A DNA stretch of 15,120 bases, taken from Candidatus Sumerlaeia bacterium (GTDB taxonomy: Bacteria > Sumerlaeota > Sumerlaeia > SLMS01 > JANRJK01). Both the position numbers and the translations under genes were made by a program. The stretch spans positions 1 through 15,120 of the forward strand of contig JANRJK010000025.1 in assembly GCA_033764015.1 (NCBI GenBank). The letters are read 5' to 3'. Shown here piece by piece: positions 6,889 through 14,970 of the stretch. Positions within the stretch are counted from its first letter, which is position 1; every line of letters begins with the position of its first letter. Below the pieces are notes generated by a model. It did not search any database. It was not told the DNA's origin and saw nothing but the letters and a program-made list of their open reading frames with translations.

Positions 6889-7851
6889 ATGGCGACCCGC
6901 AAACTCCTCCTTCCCAAGCTGCTTCCGGAGGCCGACGTCCGCGTCCGCGTCCCCGCAAGCACCTCGAACCTCGGCCCCGGGTTCGACGCCGTCGGCTGCG
7001 CGCTGAAGCTCGAAAACGTCTTCCGCTGGACGCTCTCGAAGAAGCCGGACGCGCGCACCACCTTCGGCGGCCCAGAGGCGAAGGGCCTGCCGGAAACGCA
7101 GGACACCATCGCCCACGCGGCGTTCAAGAAGGTGCTCGAGTTCGTCGGCGAGCCGTCGGAGGGCGTGATGCCGCGCCTCTCGCTCACCGCCTCCGTCATC
7201 GTGCCGCAGGCGCGCGGCCTCGGCAGCTCGAGCACCGCGCTCGTGGCGGGGATCCTCGGCGCGTCCGCGATGCTCCGGAAGCCCCTCGAACCCCAGGTCC
7301 TCCTCGACCTCGCGGTCGGCATGGAAGGCCACCCGGACAACGTGGCGCCGGCGATCCTCGGCGGCCTCGTGGCCTCCGCGTCCGAGACGGGGGGCTGCAA
7401 CCTGCGGCTGCGGCTGCATCGCTCGCTCCAGTTCGTGCTCCTGATCCCGAACTACGAGGTGAAGACCGCCGACGCGCGCGCCGCGCTCCCCGCGATGGTG
7501 CCGATGAAGGACGCGGTGTTCAACGCCTCGCGGACGCCGTTGCTGCTCGAAGCGCTGCGCACAGGGCGCTGCCAGCGGCTCAAGGAGCTGATGAAGGACC
7601 GCCTGCACCAGGACTACCGCAAGCCGCTCTACCGGCACTACGACGCGTTCGAGGCGGTGGCGTACAAGGCCGGCGCGTGGGGCTTCTGCGTGAGCGGCGC
7701 CGGCCCGGCGATGTTGGCCGTCGTCGAGCGTTCGCGCGCGCAGCGCGTGGTCGAGATGCTGGAGCGAGCGCGGCGGGCGAAGCGGCTGCCGGGGCGCGTG
7801 CTGGCGCTGGACGCGGCGGGCGCCGGCGCGCGCACGCGGAAGCTGAAGTAG
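6889..7851 (+). CDS. thrB: Homoserine kinase (GHMP kinase family), 320 aa
   Basis: Motifs VRVPASTSNLGPGFD, PQARGLGSSS (ATP-binding loop), EGHPDNVAPA, DRLHQDYR and SGAGP. Confidence 0.96.
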   Translation: MATRKLLLPKLLPEADVRVRVPASTSNLGPGFDAVGCALKLENVFRWTLSKKPDARTTFGGPEAKGLPETQDTIAHAAFKKVLEFVGEPSEGVMPRLSLTASVIVPQARGLGSSSTALVAGILGASAMLRKPLEPQVLLDLAVGMEGHPDNVAPAILGGLVASASETGGCNLRLRLHRSLQFVLLIPNYEVKTADARAALPAMVPMKDAVFNASRTPLLLEALRTGRCQRLKELMKDRLHQDYRKPLYRHYDAFEAVAYKAGAWGFCVSGAGPAMLAVVERSRAQRVVEMLERARRAKRLPGRVLALDAAGAGARTRKLK

Positions 7852-7884
7852 CGTCCACTTCCCGCTTGCGCACCGGGTCGCCAG

Positions 7885-7900
7885 TTCGCCATATGGCGAA
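7885..7900. promoter_or_regulatory. Probable ArsR operator: perfect 16-bp palindrome TTCGCCATATGGCGAA
   Basis: Perfect self-complementary 16-mer ending 15 nt before the arsR ATG. It sits between a TTGCGC -35-like hexamer (7866-7871) and the AAGGAGG RBS (7904-7910), covering the expected -10 position. Confidence 0.8.
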
Positions 7901-7915
7901 ATCAAGGAGGCGGCA

Positions 7916-8365
7916 ATGCGCGCCCTGATCGCCATCGCCAAGGCACTCGGCGACCCCAACCGGGTCCGCATCGTCCTCGCGCTCTCGGAGCGCGGCGAGC
8001 TCTGCGTCTGCCAGTTGCAGGAGCTGCTCCGCCTCGCCCCCTCCACCACGTCGAAGCACCTCGCGGTGCTTTCCGGCGCGGGCCTCCTCGACGCGCGCCG
8101 CGAGGGCCGCTGGTCCTACTACCGGCTGGCGGAGGAGGAGCCGCTCCCCGGCGCCCGCGGCGTGGTCGAATGGGCCTGCCGCGAGGCGGCCGCCGCCAGC
8201 GCCGCGCAGGCGGACCGCGCCCGCCTCGACGCCATCCTCAGCCACACCCCGGAGGAGTTATGCCAGCTCCAAGCGCAAGGCCTCGCGTGCTGTTCCTCTG
8301 CACCGGCAACTCGTGCCGCAGCCAGATCGCCGAAGGCTACGCCCGCGCGCTCAAGGCGGAAGTGA
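7916..8365 (+). CDS. arsR: ArsR/SmtB family As(III)-responsive repressor, 149 aa
   Basis: KALGDPNRVRI, ELCVCQL metal-binding motif, STTSKHLAVL HTH, RREGRWSYYRL wing; strong RBS; first gene of the ars cluster. Confidence 0.95.
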   Translation: MRALIAIAKALGDPNRVRIVLALSERGELCVCQLQELLRLAPSTTSKHLAVLSGAGLLDARREGRWSYYRLAEEEPLPGARGVVEWACREAAAASAAQADRARLDAILSHTPEELCQLQAQGLACCSSAPATRAAARSPKATPARSRRK

Positions 8366-8691
8366 TCGAGGCGCACAGCGCCGGCATCGTCGCCCACGGC
8401 CAGAACCCCAACGCGATCCGCGTGATGGCGGAGGACGGCGTCGACATCACGGGACAGCGCTCGAAGACGCTCCAGTCGCTCCTGGACGAGGGCGTCGCCT
8501 TCGACCTCGTCTACGCGGTCTGCGGGCACGCGGACGAGAACTGCCCCGTTTTCCCGGGCGCCACGCGGGTGGTCCACCGCGGCTTCGACGACCCTCCGAA
8601 GCTCGCGAAGGACGCCAAGACGGAAGAGGAAGCGCTCAGCCACTACCGACGGGTGCGCGACGAGATCCGCGCCTGGATCGAAACCCTCTGA
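8260..8691 (+). CDS. arsC: Arsenate reductase, thioredoxin-coupled LMW-PTPase type, 143 aa
   Basis: P-loop [17 protein letters not shown], resolving cysteine pair [14 protein letters not shown], and FDDP. GGAGG at 8251-8255 precedes ATG 8260. Confidence 0.95.
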   Translation: MPAPSARPRVLFLCTGNSCRSQIAEGYARALKAEVIEAHSAGIVAHGQNPNAIRVMAEDGVDITGQRSKTLQSLLDEGVAFDLVYAVCGHADENCPVFPGATRVVHRGFDDPPKLAKDAKTEEEALSHYRRVRDEIRAWIETL

Positions 8692-8711
8692 CCACGACAG
8701 GAGAAGGAACC

Positions 8712-9572
8712 ATGCAGGACACGAACGAACTCGCGCGGGCCCAGGCCGTGCGCGACACGGTGCGCAAGGGATACGCGGGCGTCGCCACGGCGTCCTCCCA
8801 GGGCGCGAGCTGCTGCGGCCCGACCTGCTGCGGCGGCCAGGTGGACTCGGCCTCGCAGCTCGCCGCGGCGGTGGGCTACACGAACGAGGAACTGGCGGGC
8901 CTGCCGGAGGGCGCCAACATGGGGCTTTCCTGCGGCAACCCGACGGCGCTGGCGGCGCTTTCCGCGGGCGAAACGGTGCTCGACCTCGGCTCCGGCGGCG
9001 GCTTCGACGTCTTCATCGCGGGGCGCAAGGTCGGCGCGTCCGGCCGCGTGATCGGCGTGGACATGACGCCCGAAATGATCGCCAAGGCGCGCCGCAACCA
9101 GGCCGCCTACACCGCGCGCACGGGCCTCGCCAACGTCGAGTTCCGCCTCGGCGAGATCGAGCACCTGCCGCTCGCCGACGCCAGCGTGGACGTCGTCATC
9201 AGCAACTGCGTGATCAACCTGTCGCCGGACAAGCCGTCGGTGTACCGCGAGATCGCCCGCGTGCTACGCCCCGGCGGGCGCATCGCGGTGAGCGACATCG
9301 TGCTGAAGAAGCCGCTGCCGGAGGCGATCCGCCACGACGCGGAGGCGCTTGTGGGCTGCGTGGCCGGCGCGCTGCTCCTCGACGAGCTCCGCGCGATCAT
9401 CTCCGCGAACGGCCTCGCGGACGCGGCGTTCGTCGAAAAGCCGGGCTACGTGCAGGCCATGGAGGAGTCGAAGGACCACATCGCCAAGCGCGTCTACGAA
9501 CTGATCCCCGCGGGCGAGAAGCTGGCGGACCACATCGCGAGCATGGACATCAGCGCGCGCAAGCCGTCGTGA
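8712..9572 (+). CDS. arsM: Arsenite S-adenosylmethionine methyltransferase, 286 aa
   Basis: [11 protein letters not shown]-terminus, GLSCGNP, SAM motif [31 protein letters not shown] and GCVAGA. Purine-rich AGGAGAAGGA precedes ATG 8712. Confidence 0.95.
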   Translation: MQDTNELARAQAVRDTVRKGYAGVATASSQGASCCGPTCCGGQVDSASQLAAAVGYTNEELAGLPEGANMGLSCGNPTALAALSAGETVLDLGSGGGFDVFIAGRKVGASGRVIGVDMTPEMIAKARRNQAAYTARTGLANVEFRLGEIEHLPLADASVDVVISNCVINLSPDKPSVYREIARVLRPGGRIAVSDIVLKKPLPEAIRHDAEALVGCVAGALLLDELRAIISANGLADAAFVEKPGYVQAMEESKDHIAKRVYELIPAGEKLADHIASMDISARKPS

Positions 9573-10675
9573 CGCCGCCGGAAGGCTCCATCGGGGCCAA
9601 GCTCTCGTTCCTCGACCGCTACCTGACGGTCTGGATCTTCCTCGCGATGGCCGCGGGGGTCGCGCTCGGCTACTTCGTGCCGGGCACCCCCGCGTTCATC
9701 GGTCGCTTCGATGTCGGCACCACCAACGTTCCGATCGCGCTGGGCCTGATCCTGATGATGTACCCGCCGCTGGCGAAGGTGCGTTACGAGGAGATGGGCC
9801 GCGTCTTCCGCGACGTGAAGGTGCTCGGGCTGTCGCTCCTGCAGAACTGGGTGGTGGGTCCGCTGCTGATGTTCGCGCTGGCGGCGCTCTTCCTGCACGG
9901 GCACCCGGAGCTGATGGTGGGCCTGATCCTCGTCGGCATCGCGCGCTGCATCGCGATGGTTCTGGTGTGGAACCAGCTCGCGAAGGGGAGCGCGGAGTAC
10001 GCCGCCGGCCTGGTCGCGCTGAACAGCGTCTTCCAGGTGTTCACCTACGGATTCCTCGCGTGGGCGTTCATCACGGTGGCGCCGGGCTGGTTCGGGATCG
10101 ACCTCTCGCAGGTGCGCGGGGCGGGCGGCAAGAGCCTCGCCGACGTGACCGTGGGCGAGATCCTGGCGAGCGTGCTGGTGTACCTCGGCGTGCCGTTCGC
10201 CGCCGGCATCCTCAGCCGCGCGATCCTGATCCCCGCCAAAGGCCGCGACTGGTACGAGAAGGTGTTCATCCCGCGCATCTCGCCCATGACGCTGGCCGCG
10301 CTGCTCTTCACCATCCTGGTCATGTTCAGCTTCAAGGGGGAGAAGATCGTCCAGTACCCGATGAAGGTGCTGCTGGTGGCGGTGCCGCTGACGATCTACT
10401 TCGCGGTGATGTTCCTCGCCAGCTTCCACATGTCGCGCAAGGCGGGCGCGGACTATCCGCGCTGCGCCACGCTGGCGTTCACCGCCTCCGGGAACAACTT
10501 CGAGCTGGCCATCGCGGTGGCGATCGCGGTGTTCGGCATCAACTCCGACGTGGCGTTCGCGACGGTCATCGGCCCGCTGGTCGAGGTGCCCGCGCTGATC
10601 GGGCTGGTGCATGTGTCGCTCTGGTTCGAGCGGCGCTACTTCGCGGGCAGGGGCGCGGAGCCGCCGGCCGCCTAG
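9569..10675 (+). CDS. acr3: ACR3 family arsenite efflux transporter, 368 aa
   Basis: [32 protein letters not shown] (conserved Cys), [12 protein letters not shown] and GPLVEVP. The GTG start overlaps the arsM stop (GTGA). Confidence 0.96.
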   Translation: MTPPEGSIGAKLSFLDRYLTVWIFLAMAAGVALGYFVPGTPAFIGRFDVGTTNVPIALGLILMMYPPLAKVRYEEMGRVFRDVKVLGLSLLQNWVVGPLLMFALAALFLHGHPELMVGLILVGIARCIAMVLVWNQLAKGSAEYAAGLVALNSVFQVFTYGFLAWAFITVAPGWFGIDLSQVRGAGGKSLADVTVGEILASVLVYLGVPFAAGILSRAILIPAKGRDWYEKVFIPRISPMTLAALLFTILVMFSFKGEKIVQYPMKVLLVAVPLTIYFAVMFLASFHMSRKAGADYPRCATLAFTASGNNFELAIAVAIAVFGINSDVAFATVIGPLVEVPALIGLVHVSLWFERRYFAGRGAEPPAA

Positions 10676-10768
10676 ATCCGGGCGCCGCGCCCCCGGCCCT
10701 CCGTTGGAACTTGACCGTGTGGCGCCGCGCGCGCCAAACCGGCCCTCGCCGCGAAGGGGGCCGGTCCC

Positions 10769-12283
10769 ATGGACGACAAGACGACGGAGGGCACACTGAC
10801 GCGGCGGGCGTTCCTCGCGGCCGCCGGGGGCGCCGCGGCCGCGCTGCTGCTCCCCGAGCCGCTGGTCGCGGGGCCGGCGCGCACGCCCGCGCCCCCCGTC
10901 CCCGCGGAGGAATGGCGCGGCGTCTGGATCTCGCGCTTCGAATGGACCTCCGGCTCCGGCGACGACGTCTCCGGCCGCCTTGCGCGAATGATGCGCAGCC
11001 TCGCGCAGGGGAACTTCAACGCGGTCGTCTTCCAGGTGCGCGGCCAGGGCGACACGCTCTACCCGTCGTCCATCGAGCCCTGGTCGCCGATGCTCTCCGC
11101 CTCCGCGCGCGCGATCGACCCCGCCTCCGTGGCGATCCGCGAGGCGCGGCGCAACGGGCTGCAGTTCCACGCGTGGCTGAACCTGCTCGTCGTCTGGCAG
11201 AGCAGGGAGAAGCGGCCGCCCACGGACCCCAGGCACCCGTTCTTCCGCTTCGCCAACCCGTCCGACCCGGCGCGCGCGACGGGCGTGGTGCGCGACGCCG
11301 CGCGCCGGCCGATCACCTACGGCGATTCCGACTACACGTGGCTGTCGCCCGGGAATCCCGAGGTGGAGGCCTACTGCCGCGCGGTCGTGCTCGATTTCAT
11401 CCGGCGCCACCAGGTGGACGGCCTGCACTGGGACGACCGCACCGCGATGCCGCACGGCGCCTCGCACGATCCCGTCTCGCTGGAGCGCTGGAAGGGGCGC
11501 GGCAACCCGATGGGCCTGGGCGACCTGCGCGAATGGCAGCGCGACCAGCTCTCGCGCATGCTGTCGAACATCCACGCGGCGGCCACCGCGGAGCAGCCCC
11601 GCCTCCTCGTCAGCGCCTCCCCCTTCGGCATCTACGACAAGAACCGCGTCCCCGGCTACGGGCGCTTCAAGGACTGCGTGCACGACTTCAACACGGACGG
11701 CGAGGCGTGGCTGCGCGACGGGATCATCGACGCGCTGATGCCGCAGATCTACTGGAAGGACGGAGGCCGCGCGCCCGACTTCTCGACGCTCGCGCGCGAC
11801 TGGAACGACCACAACCGCTCGGGGCGCCCCGTCTGGCCCGGCTCCGCGCTCGGCGACTACGGCGGGCTGCAGCCGCTGCGCGGCGTGCAGGAGTCCTACG
11901 TGCGCCTCGCGCGCCAGCTCCGCATGGGCGGCAACACGTTTTTCAGCTACTCCGCCGCGCCGGACGCGGAGTGGGCCTCCGCCCGCGGATTCCTCTACCC
12001 GTCGAAGGCCGCGGTGCCGGTGCCGCCGCTCCGCAAGGCGCCGCAGACCGGGCAGGTGCTGGGCCTCGTGCGCGACCGCTCCGGGCGCCCGCTGCGCGAC
12101 GTCTGGGTGTCGCTCGAGGGGCGCCGCTACGTGCACCTCAGCGCGGCGGACGGCTTCTACGCGATTCCCTCGGTGCCGCCCGGGACGCGCAAAATCGTGT
12201 TCGATGCGGGCAACGGCCAGCGTGTCGAACGCACTGTGCCCGTCCGCCGCGGCGCCGCCGTCCGCGTGGACATCACGGGCTAG
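10769..12283 (+). CDS. Tat-exported glycoside hydrolase-like 10 (DUF187/YddW-like) protein with C-terminal carboxypeptidase-regulatory-like beta-sandwich, 504 aa
   Basis: Twin-arginine signal LTRRAFLAAA. GHL10 motifs EWRGVWI, NFNAVVFQVRGQGDTLYPS, FHAWLN, VDGLHWDD, WLRDGIIDALMPQIY. C-terminal GQVLGLVRDRSGRPL...DGFYAIPSVPPG. Confidence 0.9.
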   Translation: MDDKTTEGTLTRRAFLAAAGGAAAALLLPEPLVAGPARTPAPPVPAEEWRGVWISRFEWTSGSGDDVSGRLARMMRSLAQGNFNAVVFQVRGQGDTLYPSSIEPWSPMLSASARAIDPASVAIREARRNGLQFHAWLNLLVVWQSREKRPPTDPRHPFFRFANPSDPARATGVVRDAARRPITYGDSDYTWLSPGNPEVEAYCRAVVLDFIRRHQVDGLHWDDRTAMPHGASHDPVSLERWKGRGNPMGLGDLREWQRDQLSRMLSNIHAAATAEQPRLLVSASPFGIYDKNRVPGYGRFKDCVHDFNTDGEAWLRDGIIDALMPQIYWKDGGRAPDFSTLARDWNDHNRSGRPVWPGSALGDYGGLQPLRGVQESYVRLARQLRMGGNTFFSYSAAPDAEWASARGFLYPSKAAVPVPPLRKAPQTGQVLGLVRDRSGRPLRDVWVSLEGRRYVHLSAADGFYAIPSVPPGTRKIVFDAGNGQRVERTVPVRRGAAVRVDITG

Positions 12284-12311
12284 GAAATCCGCGCAAACTA
12301 CTCCCGGAAAA

Positions 12312-13991
12312 TCACCAGTTTCCCAGGATGTGCAGGCGCAGCTCGCCGCCTTTTTGGAAATCGTAGTAGTCGCCGGTGAATTTCACGGAAATTCCTTCGG
12401 GAATCTTTCCGCCCCAGTTCTTGGTCCAGCTCGCCAGCGTGCGCTCCGGCATCAGCAGAGCACGGGGGCCCTCGCCGCGCAGGAACGCGCGCCCGTCCTC
12501 CCAGCGCTTCGCCCCGATCATCTCGATGCGCCCTCCCCAGTAGAAGACGAGGCTCGGCTCCTGGTACTGCGTGGCGGCCAGCTCGACGCCCGCGGGCGCG
12601 TTGGCGCGCAGCCACGCGGTGACGGGCTTTCCCGGGCGCAGCGGCTCGAGCAGCGGCATCCCGGCGTAGAACACCACCAGCAGAGCGGCCACGTGGGCGC
12701 CGGCCCATGCGCGCAGCGCGGGTGCGTGGCCGCCGCGCCACCAGTGCCGCGCCCCGAGCGCCGCGCCCCCCGCGAGCAGCAGCCCCGCCAAGCGCGCGGG
12801 CCAGGCGGCCGCGCCGATGTCCACGAAGAACGTCGCCGCCGCGAGCCCGAGGCCGCCGCCGACGCCCACGACCCCCGTGAGGAGCGCGCCCGCGCGCGCG
12901 CACCAGCGCGGCTCCGAGCGGTCTCCGCTCCACCAGAGCCCGGCGCCGAGCGCCAGCGCGGGCAGCAGCGGCGCCACGTAGTGCGGCAGCTTCGTCACGA
13001 CCGCGGAAAACACCACAAATCCCGGAATAAACCAGCCCGCGAGGAACCGCGCGCGGACGTCGCCGCGTAAATCCGAGAAAATCCTCCGCGCGCCGGAGAG
13101 GAAAAGCGCCGCGAAGGGAAACGCCACCGCGGGAAGCACCAGGAGATAGTAGAAGAACGGGCCGGTGTGCCCCTCCTTCGGCGCCGTCGCCCGGTGCACG
13201 ACGTGGCGGCCGATCGCGGTCGAGAGGAAATCGCCCTCCGGATGCCCGAGCGTGCGGAGCTGCACCGCCACCGCCCACGGCGCGGCGACCAGCACCGCCA
13301 CGCCGACACACGCGGCCGCGCGCGCGGCGACCGCGCCGCCGGAAAGCGACGCCTCCCCCGCGTGCCCCGTCGACCCGCGGAGCCGCCACTCCCAGACCCA
13401 TATCGCCAGCGCGGCCAGCCCGACCACCAGCGGCCCCGGCGGCCCCTTCACCAGGATCGAGAACCCCAGCACCGCCCCGAGCGCGAGCGCGTGGCCCCAG
13501 CGCGCGGATCGGCGCAGCTCCCAGAGCAGCGAGAACGCGGCGACCACGCTGAACACGAGGAACGAATCGGTGGTCGAGGCCTTGTGCGTGACGACGTGCA
13601 GCGTCGCGAGGCCGAAGGCGCCCATCGCCACCAGCGCCCCCCCGCGGTCCGCGCCCATGCGCCGCGCCAGACAGTAAAGCAGCAGCGCGGACGCCACGCC
13701 GAAGAGCGCCTGCGCGAGGCGCACCGAGAAGTCGTCCGGCCCCAGCAGCGCCACCGGAGGCGCCATCAGCCAGTACGTCATGGGCGGCTTGTCGAAGCGC
13801 AGCCGCCCGTTGAACGTCGGCACGATGAAGTCGCCGCTCGCCAGCATCTCGCGCGTCGCGACCGCGTAGCGCGGCTCGTCGCGGTCCCAGAGGCTCATCC
13901 ACCAGTTGCCGGAGAGGTATAGGAACAGGAGCGCGGCGGCGAGAATCGCCGGAGGGGCCGCCGGAAACGCTTGAAATCCGCTCAGCCGCAT
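12312..13991 (-). CDS. ArnT/PMT-family (GT-C) lipid-phosphate-sugar-dependent glycosyltransferase, about 559 aa
   Basis: LWDRDEPRYAVATREM, PTFNGRLRFDKPPMTYWL, LVKGP, HTGPFFYYL and TKLPHYVAP motifs, with many TM helices. Start placed at ATG 13991 because the longer ORF overlaps the divergent PAP2 gene. Confidence 0.92.
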   Translation of the reverse strand: MRLSGFQAFPAAPPAILAAALLFLYLSGNWWMSLWDRDEPRYAVATREMLASGDFIVPTFNGRLRFDKPPMTYWLMAPPVALLGPDDFSVRLAQALFGVASALLLYCLARRMGADRGGALVAMGAFGLATLHVVTHKASTTDSFLVFSVVAAFSLLWELRRSARWGHALALGAVLGFSILVKGPPGPLVVGLAALAIWVWEWRLRGSTGHAGEASLSGGAVAARAAACVGVAVLVAAPWAVAVQLRTLGHPEGDFLSTAIGRHVVHRATAPKEGHTGPFFYYLLVLPAVAFPFAALFLSGARRIFSDLRGDVRARFLAGWFIPGFVVFSAVVTKLPHYVAPLLPALALGAGLWWSGDRSEPRWCARAGALLTGVVGVGGGLGLAAATFFVDIGAAAWPARLAGLLLAGGAALGARHWWRGGHAPALRAWAGAHVAALLVVFYAGMPLLEPLRPGKPVTAWLRANAPAGVELAATQYQEPSLVFYWGGRIEMIGAKRWEDGRAFLRGEGPRALLMPERTLASWTKNWGGKIPEGISVKFTGDYYDFQKGGELRLHILGNW

Positions 13992-14082
13992 CGGGAAGCT
14001 TCCCTCGGGGAGTGGGCGCCGGGAGCATCTGGCGCCCCGGCCCTTACGGAGACCAGCGGAAACCCCCAGGCGGAGACCCCGC

Positions 14083-14970
14083 ATGTCCGACGTGGCACCG
14101 TTCCAACCGATCAAGCGCTCCGCGGTCCAGATCGCCTGCGCCTGCGGAGTCGCACTCCTCGGGCTCGCGGTCACTCAGGTGGAGTGGACGATTCATTGGC
14201 CGCTCGCGGAGGCGCTCGACGACTTCGTCTCCAACGACTTCTGGGCCGCCGTGCGGCAGTTCCCCTCGGAGGTGTCGATCGCCGCCGTGGTGCTGCTGAT
14301 CGCGCGCCTCGATCCGAAGCGCCGACCCGCGATCCCCGTCTTCCTGGTGGCATTGCTTCTGGCGATGGCCGCCACCTCCTTCCTCAAGGGCGCCGCCGGA
14401 CGCGCGCGCCCCTACAACGGCTTCGAAATCAACGAGGAGAACCGCGCGAACCTCGGGCGCTGGAACGCGGAGAACCCGGACTTCCAAATCCCCGTCGACA
14501 ACTCCGACAAGTGGATGCACTGGGAGCCGGACCGCCCGATCGGGTTCTGGGTGCGCGACGGGTTCAACTCGTTCCCGAGCGGCCACGCGACCACCGCCTT
14601 CGCCTTCGCGCTCTTCCTCTGGATCCTGTATCCAAAGGCGGGGAGGATCGTGTTCTTCCTTGCGGCGGGCACAGCGCTTTCGCGAGTCGAGCAGGGGCGA
14701 CACTACCTGAGCGACACGCTCGTCGGCGGCGCGATCGGATGGGCCGCCGTGCATTACGCCTTTTCGGCGGCATGGCCCTGGGATGTGAGCAGGTGGGTGT
14801 TCCGCCGCTTCCCGAGGCTGCTCAAGCGCCCCGAGCGGGAGCTGCTCAACGCGAAGCCAGCAGCTCCGCCGGAGGGAGCCGAAGGACCCGCCACAGGCCC
14901 GGCGCAATCGGCAGCGCCCCCGCAAGCGCGGCGGCAGCGCATGCAGCGGCGGCAGACCACAGCGGTGTAG
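14083..14970 (+). CDS. PAP2 family membrane phosphatase (undecaprenyl-PP / lipid A phosphatase-like), 295 aa
   Basis: All three PAP2 motifs are present: KGAAGRARP, SFPSGH and SRVEQGRHYLSD. TM helices; GGAG upstream of ATG 14083. Confidence 0.93.
   Translation: MSDVAPFQPIKRSAVQIACACGVALLGLAVTQVEWTIHWPLAEALDDFVSNDFWAAVRQFPSEVSIAAVVLLIARLDPKRRPAIPVFLVALLLAMAATSFLKGAAGRARPYNGFEINEENRANLGRWNAENPDFQIPVDNSDKWMHWEPDRPIGFWVRDGFNSFPSGHATTAFAFALFLWILYPKAGRIVFFLAAGTALSRVEQGRHYLSDTLVGGAIGWAAVHYAFSAAWPWDVSRWVFRRFPRLLKRPERELLNAKPAAPPEGAEGPATGPAQSAAPPQARRQRMQRRQTTAV

Noticed and set aside
4563..7928. 1121-aa plus-strand ORF and other long alternative-frame or antisense ORFs (e.g. 4210..6576, 9494..12136, 9967..12366, 12298..14028)
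   Set aside because: These are shadow frames of real genes, mostly Arg/Gly/Pro/Ala-rich, caused by stop-codon scarcity at high GC. They carry no recognisable motifs.
8313..8711. 133-aa N-terminal extension of ArsM, or an ArsC-ArsM read-through fusion
   Set aside because: The extension is a shadow frame of arsC. ATG 8712 has its own RBS, and arsC and arsM are in different frames, so TGA read-through cannot fuse them.
10681..10747. Direct repeats GGCGCCGCGC (10681, 10721) and CCGGCCCTC (10693, 10739), as a mini-CRISPR or att site
   Set aside because: Only two short, nearly all-GC copies with unequal spacing and no cas or integrase gene; compatible with chance.
7852..10768. ars operon as a mobile element or island
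   Set aside because: No transposase, integrase, terminal inverted repeats or flanking direct repeats were seen, and codon style resembles the neighbouring genes.
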